From Planctomycetota bacterium (GTDB taxonomy: Bacteria > Planctomycetota > MHYJ01 > JACPRB01), in contig DATGFI010000637.1 of the NCBI GenBank assembly GCA_035309205.1, positions 1 to 27,234 on the forward strand: a stretch of 27,234 bases of DNA, given 5' to 3'. The notes beneath the pieces are model-generated. The model was given only the letters and a program-made list of their open reading frames with translations, was not told the origin of the DNA and did no database searches. The translations under genes were made by a program, and so were the position numbers. Shown here piece after piece: positions 7,054-16,082 of this stretch; within the stretch, counting starts at the first letter, position 1, and each line of letters begins with the position of its first letter.

Positions 7054-7107
7054 GCGCGGGATCGTATCACAGCGCGTACGCCGAGTAAAGATCGCACGCC
7101 CGGGCGC

Positions 7108-7857
7108 TCAGATCTGGTACATGTCCTTGAAATGGGGCAGGTCAAACGTGATCGACCGTTTCGTGCCGCAGTCCTTGCACTGCAGATCCAGCCGGTCATA
7201 GGGTTCGCCCGCCGAGCTTTGGCAGAGGGCCTGCAGCTTGACATCGAATTTCTCTGCGCCGCACTGGCATTTGAGGCGCATGACGACACTGTATTCGCGG
7301 GCGACGTCGCTGAAGTGCCGCGTCACGGGCTTCTCCCGCGTCGTCACATAGCGTTCCAGGATTCCCAGCAGGTGGTGCACCATGGCGGTCTCGAGCGCGG
7401 GTACTTCGAACCCGTGGCCTTCCTCCGCGACGGGGTCGAAGGCCTGGATCGCAGAGTAGAGCATGAAGTGGACGACGTACCCCACCGGATACTGCGGCAG
7501 CTCCTTGGCGCCCGGTGTCAGCTTGGCTTCGAGCAGCTCCAAGGCCCGGGAGTCGGGCTTCTTCCTCGCGCGCTCCGTATAGGCGGAGAGAATGGTTTTC
7601 AGCGAACGCAACAGCCGTTCGTCGAGCGCGTCGACCACCTGGATGCCCTCGTATTCCTGCACGCTGAAATGCTCGCCGGCCGCACCTACGTAGCGCGAGC
7701 GGAGGTTCAGCACCGCGCAGGATGCGGCAATCACCGTCGCGGCGGAGGTCAGTTTCTTGAGGGTCTCGTCCGTCTGCGACTCGATCGCCCGCGCGTGTTG
7801 TTCGATCAGCTTTTTCGCCTGGGGCGACAGGTCCATCTTGTCGGCGGAGCGGCTCAC
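7108..7857 (-). CDS. Hypothetical protein with C-terminal Zn-ribbon (CxC...CxxC)
   Basis: CQCG...CKDCG near the C-terminus after a helical N-terminal region. The GTG start overlaps the upstream stop (7854-7857). Confidence 0.75.
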   Translation of the reverse strand: MSRSADKMDLSPQAKKLIEQHARAIESQTDETLKKLTSAATVIAASCAVLNLRSRYVGAAGEHFSVQEYEGIQVVDALDERLLRSLKTILSAYTERARKKPDSRALELLEAKLTPGAKELPQYPVGYVVHFMLYSAIQAFDPVAEEGHGFEVPALETAMVHHLLGILERYVTTREKPVTRHFSDVAREYSVVMRLKCQCGAEKFDVKLQALCQSSAGEPYDRLDLQCKDCGTKRSITFDLPHFKDMYQI

Positions 7858-9170
7858 CGGGGTGATTTCTCCTCGATCAGCTGTTTTACGGATGGCTTCA
7901 GGAAATGAAAGGGTTCCACGGAGACTTCCGGCTGGTCGAAGGATCCTTTCAGCACCACGGGCGTCAAGGCTCCCTTGAAGATGTTGGACAGCAGATCGAT
8001 CGGAGCGCCGATGACGGGGATTATACTATTCCAGTCGCTCTTGCCAAGCCTCGGCACGAACACGATCTCCATCCAGTCGCCGGTCAGTCCGCAGATGCCG
8101 TCGCCGAAGAGGCTGACCGGGTATCCGAGGAAGTGCATCTTGTCCACCCGGATTTCGCCCTCGCCTGCCGTGAACTCCAGCACCGCCGAGTCGATTTTCC
8201 GGTCCGACACCTTCGTCAGCGTCAGGAGGTGGATAATTCCCGAGAACGCGGGGACCTCCCATAGATCGCCATCGGTCACCTCGCAGTGACCCGAACAGAT
8301 CGGGCGGCCGGCCCGGCGCTCGTCGAAGGTAAGCGCGAGGACGCCGTTGAAGCGGCCGGTCATCGGATGCGTGATGAAGGGCGCTCCCTCGGCCATCCTG
8401 GAGACGTCGGCGTCGACGACGTCGACCATCAGCTTCCGGACGGTGAACGGATGGGTCTTCGGCACCTCGATGTCGCCGGTCATCTTTCCGCCATAGAAGT
8501 CGCCTCGGAAGGGATGCACGAGCAGGCGACCGTCGACGCGGGTGAGGCGCGTGTGCACGGACGTGATGCGCCACGTCACCTCCTTACCGGTGGGCCCCAC
8601 GAACGTCACGTTGATAATGCCGTCGTGAATGTGCACCCCGTTTCGGGGAAAACCCTCGTCGGGCCGCAGGTAGTCCTTCCACGGGTCCTCCTTCGACTCG
8701 ACCTGTTCGGCGGCGGCCCGGGGAGCCTGCTGGAAGGCCCACTCGACGTTCCACTCTCCGCCGGTTTCGCGCCGGACGAAGATCTCGGGCTGGAAGAGGT
8801 CGACGCGCATCACCTTGAGGTGCGGGTCGCGAAGGGGGATTCCGTCGAGCGATAGCCGCAGGCGCGAGGCGCGGAAGAAGAGGCGCCGCGTCCCGCCGTG
8901 ATGGGTGTAGGCTTCGGCGTCGTGAAGGATGATATCCCCCTGGCCGTCCACGGTCACGGCGCCGATTGTCTCCACGGCCGCGCTCCCCAGGTCGTTGTAG
9001 ACGCGCTGGGCGTAGCCGTGGACCAGGCGGTGATAGACGATGTCCCGGGCGATCCAGTAGGCGACCGCCAGGAAGAGGAGAGCGAACAGGAGGATCAGCC
9101 AGCGGGCCCGGTAATCGCGCTTTTGGGCCTGACTAAATTCGGCTCGTTCGAAGCCCCGGGATTTCGCCAT
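7854..9170 (-). CDS. AsmA-like membrane-anchored protein
   Basis: Single N-terminal TM helix (WLILLFALLFLAVAYWIA), beta-rich body, 'P.IFVRRETGGEWN' motif, and a C-terminal AsmA_2-like 'PVVLKGSFDQPEV'. Confidence 0.7.
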   Translation of the reverse strand: MAKSRGFERAEFSQAQKRDYRARWLILLFALLFLAVAYWIARDIVYHRLVHGYAQRVYNDLGSAAVETIGAVTVDGQGDIILHDAEAYTHHGGTRRLFFRASRLRLSLDGIPLRDPHLKVMRVDLFQPEIFVRRETGGEWNVEWAFQQAPRAAAEQVESKEDPWKDYLRPDEGFPRNGVHIHDGIINVTFVGPTGKEVTWRITSVHTRLTRVDGRLLVHPFRGDFYGGKMTGDIEVPKTHPFTVRKLMVDVVDADVSRMAEGAPFITHPMTGRFNGVLALTFDERRAGRPICSGHCEVTDGDLWEVPAFSGIIHLLTLTKVSDRKIDSAVLEFTAGEGEIRVDKMHFLGYPVSLFGDGICGLTGDWMEIVFVPRLGKSDWNSIIPVIGAPIDLLSNIFKGALTPVVLKGSFDQPEVSVEPFHFLKPSVKQLIEEKSPR

Positions 9171-9176
9171 AGTTTA

Positions 9177-9205
9177 ATTATAGTCGACGTCCGCACCGCT
9201 ATAAT
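9177..9205. promoter_or_regulatory. Divergent -10 pair (TATAAT on both strands), probably leaderless or near-leaderless starts
   Basis: ATTATA at 9177-9182 (- strand TATAAT) lies 6 nt from the ATG at 9170. TATAAT at 9200-9205 lies 9 nt from the ATG at 9215. Confidence 0.65.
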
Positions 9206-9214
9206 GGGGCGAAG

Positions 9215-11533
9215 ATGGGGACGATACCCAAGTCCGTCGGGAAGTACCAGGTCCTTGGCGCCGTGGGCCGGGGCGGCATGGGCGAGGTCTTCAAGGCCTA
9301 CCAGCCCGACTTGCACCGCCACGTCGCCATCAAGACGCTCCTCTCCGGCGAGCAGGCATCCGAGGAATTCTTGCAGCGTTTCCATCGCGAGGCCCGGATG
9401 GCTGCGATGCTCTCCCATCCGAACATCGTCCCGATCTACGACATCGGCGCCGAAGGCAAGCTCCACTACATCGTCATGGAGTATGTCGAAGGCCGCTCCT
9501 TCAAACAGCTCCTCGAGGAGAAGCGGCTCGACCCGGACAAGAGCCTCCGCATCGCCTACACGGTCGCCCGCGCCCTCCAGTTCGCCCACGACCACAAGGT
9601 GATCCACCGCGACATCAAGCCCGCCAATCTCATCCTCGACAAGCAGGGCCGGGTCAAGATCCTGGACTTCGGCCTTGCGCGCTCCCTGGACGGGAAAGGG
9701 CTCACGGCATCCAGTTCAATGGTGGGCACCCCGTATTACATGTCGCCCGAGCAGGCCTTCGGCGCCTCCGAGGAGCTGGATCATCGCACCGATTTGTACT
9801 CGCTCGGAGCCGTGCTGTATGAGATGCTGACCGGCCGGCCGCCCTTCGAAGGAGGGACGGTCCTGGCGATCCTCCGGAAGATCGAGGATGACGACCCCGC
9901 GCCCGCCGGAATATCCGCGCGGGTCGACGCGATGGTGGCCCGAGCGCTGGCCAAAGATCGCGAACGCCGATTCCAGTCCGCCGCCGAGATGGCCGAGGCC
10001 ATCCGGGCCTGCCTTTCCGAGGGGAGCGCGCCCGAATCACCGGTGTCGACGTCGGCACAGGCTCCCGCCGTCTTCCAGGTCCGGCAACGGACGGTCTGGA
10101 CAGCCGCGAGCCTTCTGGCCGCAGCCTTCGCCGGCATTGTCGCCTGGAGCTTCTGGCCGAAGCCTGCTCCTGCGCCTCCGCCTCCCGAACCGCAGAAGAT
10201 CACGACCCGCGGGGCTCCGCCGCCCGACCCCGCGGTCGAGCTTCAGGCCCTCCTGGCGCGCAAGACCGATGTCCCGACCGCGGAATTGAAGAAGTTCCGC
10301 GACGATCCTCAGCTGCGCCGCCTGATCGCGGAGCACTACATGAAGCGCGGCCAGTTCACCCGCGCGCTGGAGGACCTCCGGGGCTACGAGAAAGCCATCA
10401 TCGAGCTCGCCTCCGCCCGCGCGCTTCAGCGCTTCATTTCCCCGGCCCTTTTCAGGGTGTCGATCGCCCAGCCCCGCGATATGAAGGGCCCCGAAGCCTT
10501 CCTCATGGCCGCCTTGGGAAGGCACCTGGAGGGCAAGCAGGATGCCGCCCGCCAAAAGCTCAAGGCCGCGATCAACAACGACGCGCTTCCGGCCCACGCC
10601 TTGCTGGTCCGGGCCCACATCGATCTCCTCGATGTCCTTCAGAATCCCGCGGACGAGGGCTCAAAGAAGGTCCTGGCGGATCTTCGCCGGGAACTGGATC
10701 GGGCGAACGAGCTCTACCTCCTGCCGCTGCGGGCCATCGCGGCTCAGCTGGCGGGCGACGGGTCCGCGGCCCGGGACTGCGCGAACCTCCTGCTCCGTTC
10801 GGCGCCCAGCTCGGCGGAAACCTTCCTGACGAGCGCGATCCTCTTCCTCAAGGCCGGACGCATTGATTTGGCCGCCGATGAGGTCGAGGAGGCGGTCCGC
10901 ATGGATTCGAAGTCCTGGGACTCGTCCATCCTCCGCGTCTACCTGCGCTGGCTGGAAGTGCTGAACGATCCTGAGAACGAGCGGCTGGAAACGTCGGCCG
11001 AGGGGAAGATGGATCTCGCCGAAATGCGCGAGGCCCTGGACGAGCGGCTGAAGCACGACCATTATCCGGCGGCGCTGCTTCTCCGCGCGGCGCTGTCGTC
11101 CCTGGACGGGAAGTGGGAACCGGCGGAGGAGGATCTGGGCCGCCTGGGGAGGCGCATCAACGACCGCTGGGATCTGATCACGGTGGACCACGAGCGCCTC
11201 GCCGCCTTCGCGTGGGCGGCAGGCTCCCGGAGCAAGCTCCTGTCGGTGACGGCGGACCTGCAGCTGCACCTGGGGCGGCGGATTCCGGCCCTGGCAACGT
11301 CCGAGCTGATCACCGGAGAGGAGCTGCCCGAGGAGGAGCGCCGTGAGCTCCTTCGGAACAACCACATGCGGATGGCGCGTCTGCACCGGAGCCGACTGGA
11401 CAAAGCGCTTTGGCATCTCGAGCAGGCGCTCAAGCTCGGCCAGCCGCCCAAGGACGTGCGGGAAGACAACGAGCTTGGCGAACTGCGCCAGCGCCCGCCC
11501 TTCGACGCGCTCCTCAAGCGATATGAAAACTGA
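9215..11533 (+). CDS. Hanks-type Ser/Thr protein kinase with TM segment and C-terminal TPR-like region
   Basis: GRGGMGEV, VAIK, HRDIKPAN, DFGLAR and GTPYYMSPE motifs; TM segment AASLLAAAFAGIVAWSFW; Pro-rich linker; helical repeats. Confidence 0.93.
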   Translation: MGTIPKSVGKYQVLGAVGRGGMGEVFKAYQPDLHRHVAIKTLLSGEQASEEFLQRFHREARMAAMLSHPNIVPIYDIGAEGKLHYIVMEYVEGRSFKQLLEEKRLDPDKSLRIAYTVARALQFAHDHKVIHRDIKPANLILDKQGRVKILDFGLARSLDGKGLTASSSMVGTPYYMSPEQAFGASEELDHRTDLYSLGAVLYEMLTGRPPFEGGTVLAILRKIEDDDPAPAGISARVDAMVARALAKDRERRFQSAAEMAEAIRACLSEGSAPESPVSTSAQAPAVFQVRQRTVWTAASLLAAAFAGIVAWSFWPKPAPAPPPPEPQKITTRGAPPPDPAVELQALLARKTDVPTAELKKFRDDPQLRRLIAEHYMKRGQFTRALEDLRGYEKAIIELASARALQRFISPALFRVSIAQPRDMKGPEAFLMAALGRHLEGKQDAARQKLKAAINNDALPAHALLVRAHIDLLDVLQNPADEGSKKVLADLRRELDRANELYLLPLRAIAAQLAGDGSAARDCANLLLRSAPSSAETFLTSAILFLKAGRIDLAADEVEEAVRMDSKSWDSSILRVYLRWLEVLNDPENERLETSAEGKMDLAEMREALDERLKHDHYPAALLLRAALSSLDGKWEPAEEDLGRLGRRINDRWDLITVDHERLAAFAWAAGSRSKLLSVTADLQLHLGRRIPALATSELITGEELPEEERRELLRNNHMRMARLHRSRLDKALWHLEQALKLGQPPKDVREDNELGELRQRPPFDALLKRYEN

Positions 11534-12053
11534 GGAGTTCGAGGCCGAGGTCGCCCCGCACCGCGACTCGCTCTCCCGGTTCGTCTCCATGATGGTCGGA
11601 CGTGAGGCGGAGGACATCGTCCAGGAGGCGATCGCCACCGCGTTTCGCGATGCGGCCAAGTTCGAAGGCCGCTCGAAGTTTTCCACCTGGCTCTACGGGA
11701 TCGCGCTTAATCTCTGCCGGAAGTACCTGCGGGACCGATCCCGCCACGCCTCCGCGGCCAGCCAGGAGGTGCTCGAGGCCCAGCCGGCGCGTGGTCGCGG
11801 GGTGCTGTCGAGCGTCATTCGACACGAGATGGCCGAGCGGCTGGAACTCTCGGTGGGACGTCTGCCCACCTCCATGCGGGAGGCATTCCTGCTCCGCTAC
11901 GTCGACGCCATGGACTATCCGGAGATCTCGTCGATCACGGGCGTGTCCGAGGGGACGGCGAGGGTGCGCGCATTCCGGGCCCGGGCCCTCCTCCGGGGGG
12001 AGCTGGGCGCCGTGGTGGATACGGTCTGGCTCGAGAAGGACCCCGAGCCTTAG
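11523..12053 (+). CDS. ECF RNA polymerase sigma factor
   Basis: ATG at 11523 overlaps the kinase stop by 11 nt. Region 2 EAEDIVQEA...FEGRSKFSTWLYGIALN; region 4 LPTSMREAFLLRYVDAMDYPEISSITGVSEGTARVR. Confidence 0.9.
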   Translation: MKTEEFEAEVAPHRDSLSRFVSMMVGREAEDIVQEAIATAFRDAAKFEGRSKFSTWLYGIALNLCRKYLRDRSRHASAASQEVLEAQPARGRGVLSSVIRHEMAERLELSVGRLPTSMREAFLLRYVDAMDYPEISSITGVSEGTARVRAFRARALLRGELGAVVDTVWLEKDPEP

Positions 12054-12667
12054 CTCCTTCGGGGAGCTGGAGCGTAGACGCAGGCGCGGCCGCCGCTGGC
12101 GAGGTGGTCGGTGCGGTCCAGGGGCCCGCCCAGGACGGCCTCGAAGAGCTTCTTCTCGAAGCGACAAACCTGCGGGAACTCCCGGGCGATCGCCGCGATG
12201 GGGCAGTGGTGCTCGCTCATTCCCTTGCCTTCCGCGCGGGCCATGTAGCCTTCGTCGGCGCGGATCTTCGCCAGCTCGCGCCATTTCTCGGCGACGGACA
12301 TTCCCGCGAGCCGTTTCTTGTACGTGCCGATGAGGGCCCGCGTGCGGCGGTCCAAGAGCTGGTCGATCTTCTTCTCGCCATCGACGTCGCGGAGCTGTCG
12401 CAGGAGCGCCAGGGCGAGGGGTCCGTAGGCCTGGGGAAATAGGGCCTCGGCCTTTTCGCTCAGGGCGTAAAGATGCGTGGGGCGGCCGACCTCGCGCTTC
12501 TCGACGCGGACGCGGAGGAGCCCCTCGCGCTGGAGCATGGCCAGCTGCTGGCGGACCGCGGTCCGGTGGACTCCGCGAAGCTCAGCCAGGCGCGGGACGT
12601 TCAACGGGCCGTGGATCTTGAGCAGGTCGAGGATCGCCGGCCGGTCGGCCTCGGTAAATTCCCGCAT
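12050..12667 (-). CDS. SufR-like HTH transcriptional regulator (predicted Fe-S binding)
   Basis: N-terminal winged HTH (RTAVRQQLAMLQREGLL...GRPTHLYALS), GY motif, and C-x12-C-x27-C (HHCPI...QVCRFE...RACVY), the spacing seen in actinobacterial SufR. Confidence 0.8.
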   Translation of the reverse strand: MREFTEADRPAILDLLKIHGPLNVPRLAELRGVHRTAVRQQLAMLQREGLLRVRVEKREVGRPTHLYALSEKAEALFPQAYGPLALALLRQLRDVDGEKKIDQLLDRRTRALIGTYKKRLAGMSVAEKWRELAKIRADEGYMARAEGKGMSEHHCPIAAIAREFPQVCRFEKKLFEAVLGGPLDRTDHLASGGRACVYAPAPRRS

Positions 12668-12712
12668 GAATGGATTTTAGCTCGAATTCCGTTTTGGTGC
12701 AACAGAAGTTTC

Positions 12713-12745
12713 TTGAGTTTATCCAATATAAACAGTATATACTGT
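12713..12745 (+). promoter_or_regulatory. Candidate sod promoter overlapped by a 14-bp palindrome
   Basis: TTGAGT (12713-12718), 17 nt, then TATATA (12736-12741). The palindrome ACAGTATATACTGT (12732-12745) covers the -10, in an AT-rich divergent intergenic region. Confidence 0.55.
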
Positions 12746-12779
12746 CTTAAGTGATTTCCGCTGCTGAGGAGGATGCAAG

Positions 12780-13367
12780 ATGACGATCGAACTGCCCGCC
12801 CTGCCGTACGCGATGGACGCGCTCCAGCCGCACCTGTCGAAAGAGACCCTGGAATATCATTACGGAAAGCACCACAAGACCTACGTGGACAAGCTGAACT
12901 CCTTCCTGCCGGGGACGAAGTACGAGAAGATGACGCTCGATGAGATTGTCAGAGGCTCCGTCGGCGAGGCGAAGATCTTCAATAACGCCGCGCAGATCTG
13001 GAACCATACCTTCTATTGGAGCGGGCTCTCCCCCAGGGGCGGAGGCGAGCCGAAGGGGGCGATGGCCGACGGCATCAAGACGGCCTTCGGGTCGGTCCCC
13101 GACTTCGTGAAGAAGTTCAGCGAAGTGGCCACGGGGCTGTTCGGGTCGGGCTGGACCTGGCTCGTGCGGAAGAAGGACGGCTCGCTGGACATCGTTCCGA
13201 CGAAGGACGCCGCCAATCCCATGACCGACGGAATGAAGCCGCTGCTGACCTGCGACGTGTGGGAGCACGCGTACTACATCGACTACCGGAACGCCCGTCC
13301 GAAGTACGTGGAATCGTTCTGGAAGCTGGTGAACTGGGACTTCGTCGAGAAGAACCTGAAGGGCTAG
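12780..13367 (+). CDS. sodB: Superoxide dismutase [Fe]
   Basis: LEYHYGKHH, FNNAAQIWNH (AAQ is the Fe-type signature), FGSGWTWL and DVWEHAYY; RBS GAGGAGG. Confidence 0.95.
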   Translation: MTIELPALPYAMDALQPHLSKETLEYHYGKHHKTYVDKLNSFLPGTKYEKMTLDEIVRGSVGEAKIFNNAAQIWNHTFYWSGLSPRGGGEPKGAMADGIKTAFGSVPDFVKKFSEVATGLFGSGWTWLVRKKDGSLDIVPTKDAANPMTDGMKPLLTCDVWEHAYYIDYRNARPKYVESFWKLVNWDFVEKNLKG

Positions 13368-13471
13368 CGGCCGCCTCCGGGGGTTCGGCGGGGCCCGGCC
13401 GGGTCTCTTCTCCGGGGCCGCGCCCAGCTCATCGTTGCATCCCCGGCGCCCTTTCGTGTTTCATAGGGCCC

Positions 13472-14836
13472 GTGCAGGTCACGATCCGCCTGGAAAGCCG
13501 CGCCAAGGACGTCGAGCGCTGGAGCCGCGGCGATGCTCCCGCCACGCTCGTCAAATCCAACAACGGCCGCAGCGTCTGGCGCGTCGCCCTGGGCAATCCC
13601 GGACTCTTCGTCAAACGCTTCCCCCCCGAGCTCCTCCGGGACCGGGCCCGAAAGGAAGCAGAACTGCTCGACGCCCTCCATAAAGCCCGCATCCCCTGCC
13701 CGCGGCTCGTCGCCGTTGCCCGCGATGCCGAAGGCTCGTATCTCCTCACGGAGGAAATTCCCGACGCCCGGCCCCTCGGCGAGGTCCTCCAGCGGCCCGG
13801 CCCCCAGGCCCGAATCCTCCTCGGAGACCTCGGCCGCCTCGCCCGCCGGCTCCAGGACGCCGGCTTCGACCACCAGGACTTCCACGTGGGCAATGTGCTC
13901 GTCCGCGAATCCGACCTCTACGTCATCGACGTCCACCGCGCCACCCGGAAGACATCCCTTTCCCGCGATCGACGGCTCGACGGCCTGGCCTTCACGGCCA
14001 TGTCCTTCGTCGAAATCCGTCCCCTCACCGACGTCCTCCGCTTCTTCCGGGCCTACGGACTCCCCTCGCGCCAGGACTGCGTCGAGGTCTGGAACCGGCT
14101 CCGGAAGCGCCATCATGAATACTTCCTCGGACGACAGAAACGGGCGTTCAAGGATGGCAGCGGCTTCGGCCGGCAGGGAACGGTCTTCTACCGCAAGGGC
14201 ATTGACCTGGACCAGCTCCTGCGTCGGATCCAGGCCGGGAAGCGCGAAATCATCCGGAAGACCAAGAACGAGAGCCTCGAACGCGTGGACGGCACCCTCT
14301 TCGTGAAGACCACCACCGCCTCGCGCGCCAAGCGAATCTGGGAGAATGCTCATGGCCTGGCACTCCGCGGCATCGACACCCCGAAGCTCTGGGCCTGGGA
14401 CCGCACCTGGGTCGCCGGAGAATGGGTCGACTCCGTGGATCTTCACGACTACATCCGAACGAGGTACGGCGGCCTCGGCCGACGGGAGCGGCTCGCCTTC
14501 CTCTTCCGACTCGCCCGCCTGATCCGCCGTTTCCACGATTACGGCTGCTACCATAGGGACCTGAAGGCCGGCAACATCCTGGTCGGGGAGGGGCGGATCC
14601 TGGTCATCGACCTGGATCCCGTTCGATTCAGCGACAACGTGCCCGAGAACGGGCGCCGCTACAACCTTGCCCAGCTGAACGCCGCGGTGACCCCGCCCCT
14701 CACGAAGACAGATCGCCTCCGCCTTCTCATCTACTACCTCGGGAACTGCACGTCCTTCAGGGAGCGTCGCGCGGACTGGGTCCGCGACATCATGGCCGCC
14801 ACCCGGGAACGAATGCACCGGTGGCCGCCGACGTAG
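13472..14836 (+). CDS. Lipopolysaccharide kinase (Kdo/WaaP/InaA family), two tandem kinase-like domains
   Basis: Two catalytic-loop motifs, HQDFHVGNVL...IDVH and HRDLKAGNIL...IDLD, plus 'NLAQLNA'. GTG start at 13472 is inferred. Confidence 0.8.
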   Translation: MQVTIRLESRAKDVERWSRGDAPATLVKSNNGRSVWRVALGNPGLFVKRFPPELLRDRARKEAELLDALHKARIPCPRLVAVARDAEGSYLLTEEIPDARPLGEVLQRPGPQARILLGDLGRLARRLQDAGFDHQDFHVGNVLVRESDLYVIDVHRATRKTSLSRDRRLDGLAFTAMSFVEIRPLTDVLRFFRAYGLPSRQDCVEVWNRLRKRHHEYFLGRQKRAFKDGSGFGRQGTVFYRKGIDLDQLLRRIQAGKREIIRKTKNESLERVDGTLFVKTTTASRAKRIWENAHGLALRGIDTPKLWAWDRTWVAGEWVDSVDLHDYIRTRYGGLGRRERLAFLFRLARLIRRFHDYGCYHRDLKAGNILVGEGRILVIDLDPVRFSDNVPENGRRYNLAQLNAAVTPPLTKTDRLRLLIYYLGNCTSFRERRADWVRDIMAATRERMHRWPPT

Positions 14837-14891
14837 GCCTTGCTTTGTCTTCACCCGGAAGTATGGTAGGAGACTCTTCTGAGGGTCCGCC

Positions 14892-16001
14892 ATGAAGATC
14901 CTGGTCACGGGAGGCGCCGGATTCATCGGCTCCCACCTCGTTCGCAGCCTCCTTTCCCAGGGCGAGTCGGTCGTGGTCTACGACAACCATGATCCCCAGG
15001 TCCATCGCAAGAAGGTCAAGCCGGCGCGGGCGCCGGGACTGAAGACCGTCATCGGCGACGTCCGCGATCGACGGACGCTCGCCGCCCAGGTGAAGAAAGT
15101 CGACGCCGTCGTCCACCTGGCGGCGGCGGTGGGCGTGGGGCAGTCCCAGTACCAGATCCGTCATTACGTGGACGTGAACCTGAACGGCACGGCGACGCTG
15201 CTGGACATCCTCGCCAACGACAAGCACAACGTGGGCCGCATCGTGGTCGCCAGCTCCATGTCCGCCTACGGCGAAGGCGCCTACGAGTGCGCCCGGTGCG
15301 GCCGCGTCCGTCCCGGCCTTCGCAGCGATGAAGCGATGCGGAAGGGAAAGTGGGAGCCCGTCTGCCCGGCGTGCGGAGGGGCGCCCAAGCCCGTGCCGAC
15401 GAGGGAGAGCGACCGCTTCCTTTCGAACTCCATCTACGCGGTGACGAAGATGGGACAGGAGGAACTCGTCCTCAATTACGGCCTGGCCTACGGGGTTCCG
15501 TCGCTGGCCCTGCGCTTCTTCAATGTCTTTGGCCCCGGCCAGTCCCTTTCGAATCCCTACACCGGGGTCGCCGCCATCTTCATGGGCCGCCTCAAGAACA
15601 GGCGCGTCCCCGTCCTTTATGAGGACGGCCTCCAGTGCCGCGACTTCACGAGCGTCCACGACATCGTGCAGGCGATCGAGCTTTCGATCCGGAAGCCGAT
15701 GGGCGAGCACCGCATCTTCAACGTCGGCAGCGGAGTGCCCACGCCCATCAAGTCGGTTGCCGAGACCCTGGCCCGCTGCTACCAGTCGGATCTGGAGCCG
15801 TCGATCGTGAGGAAGTTCCGCAGCGGCGATATCCGCCACTGCTACGCGGACATCGGTCGGATCACGGAGTCGCTCGGTTATCGCCCGAAAGTCTCGCTCG
15901 AAGAGGGAATGCGGGAGCTGGTGGATTGGGCGCGCTCGGTGGACGCGAAAGATGGCTTCGAGCAGGCCCAGCGCGAACTCGCGCGACGGGGGCTGGTCTA
16001 G
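14892..16001 (+). CDS. NAD-dependent epimerase/dehydratase (extended SDR) with CxxC...CxxC insert
   Basis: TGGAGFIGS, HLAAAVG, YAVTK (YxxxK), LRFFNVFGPGQ, RDFTSVHD and GDIRH motifs; insert CARCG...CPACG. Confidence 0.92.
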   Translation: MKILVTGGAGFIGSHLVRSLLSQGESVVVYDNHDPQVHRKKVKPARAPGLKTVIGDVRDRRTLAAQVKKVDAVVHLAAAVGVGQSQYQIRHYVDVNLNGTATLLDILANDKHNVGRIVVASSMSAYGEGAYECARCGRVRPGLRSDEAMRKGKWEPVCPACGGAPKPVPTRESDRFLSNSIYAVTKMGQEELVLNYGLAYGVPSLALRFFNVFGPGQSLSNPYTGVAAIFMGRLKNRRVPVLYEDGLQCRDFTSVHDIVQAIELSIRKPMGEHRIFNVGSGVPTPIKSVAETLARCYQSDLEPSIVRKFRSGDIRHCYADIGRITESLGYRPKVSLEEGMRELVDWARSVDAKDGFEQAQRELARRGLV

Positions 16002-16082
16002 ACCGGGCGGGGCCTCCCCGGGCGTCTCCCGGCCAAATCCGCTGTCAATTCGCCGGCCCTCCCTATATAGTTGAAGCCCGGC

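Noticed and set aside
5614-7908. Long + strand ORFs (764 aa here; similarly 13364-14926, 14790-16334, 20924-22459, 25092-26909)
   Set aside because: They are antisense shadows of well-supported genes, typical of high-GC codon usage.
12732-12745. LexA SOS box
   Set aside because: The half-sites are in the opposite order and spacing (ACAG-N6-CTGT) to the proteobacterial CTGT-N8-ACAG box.
13877-13892. Extra parS-like core TTCCACGTGG in the LPS kinase gene
   Set aside because: Five mismatches to the 16-mer, and the sequence is explained by coding for the DFHVGN catalytic loop.
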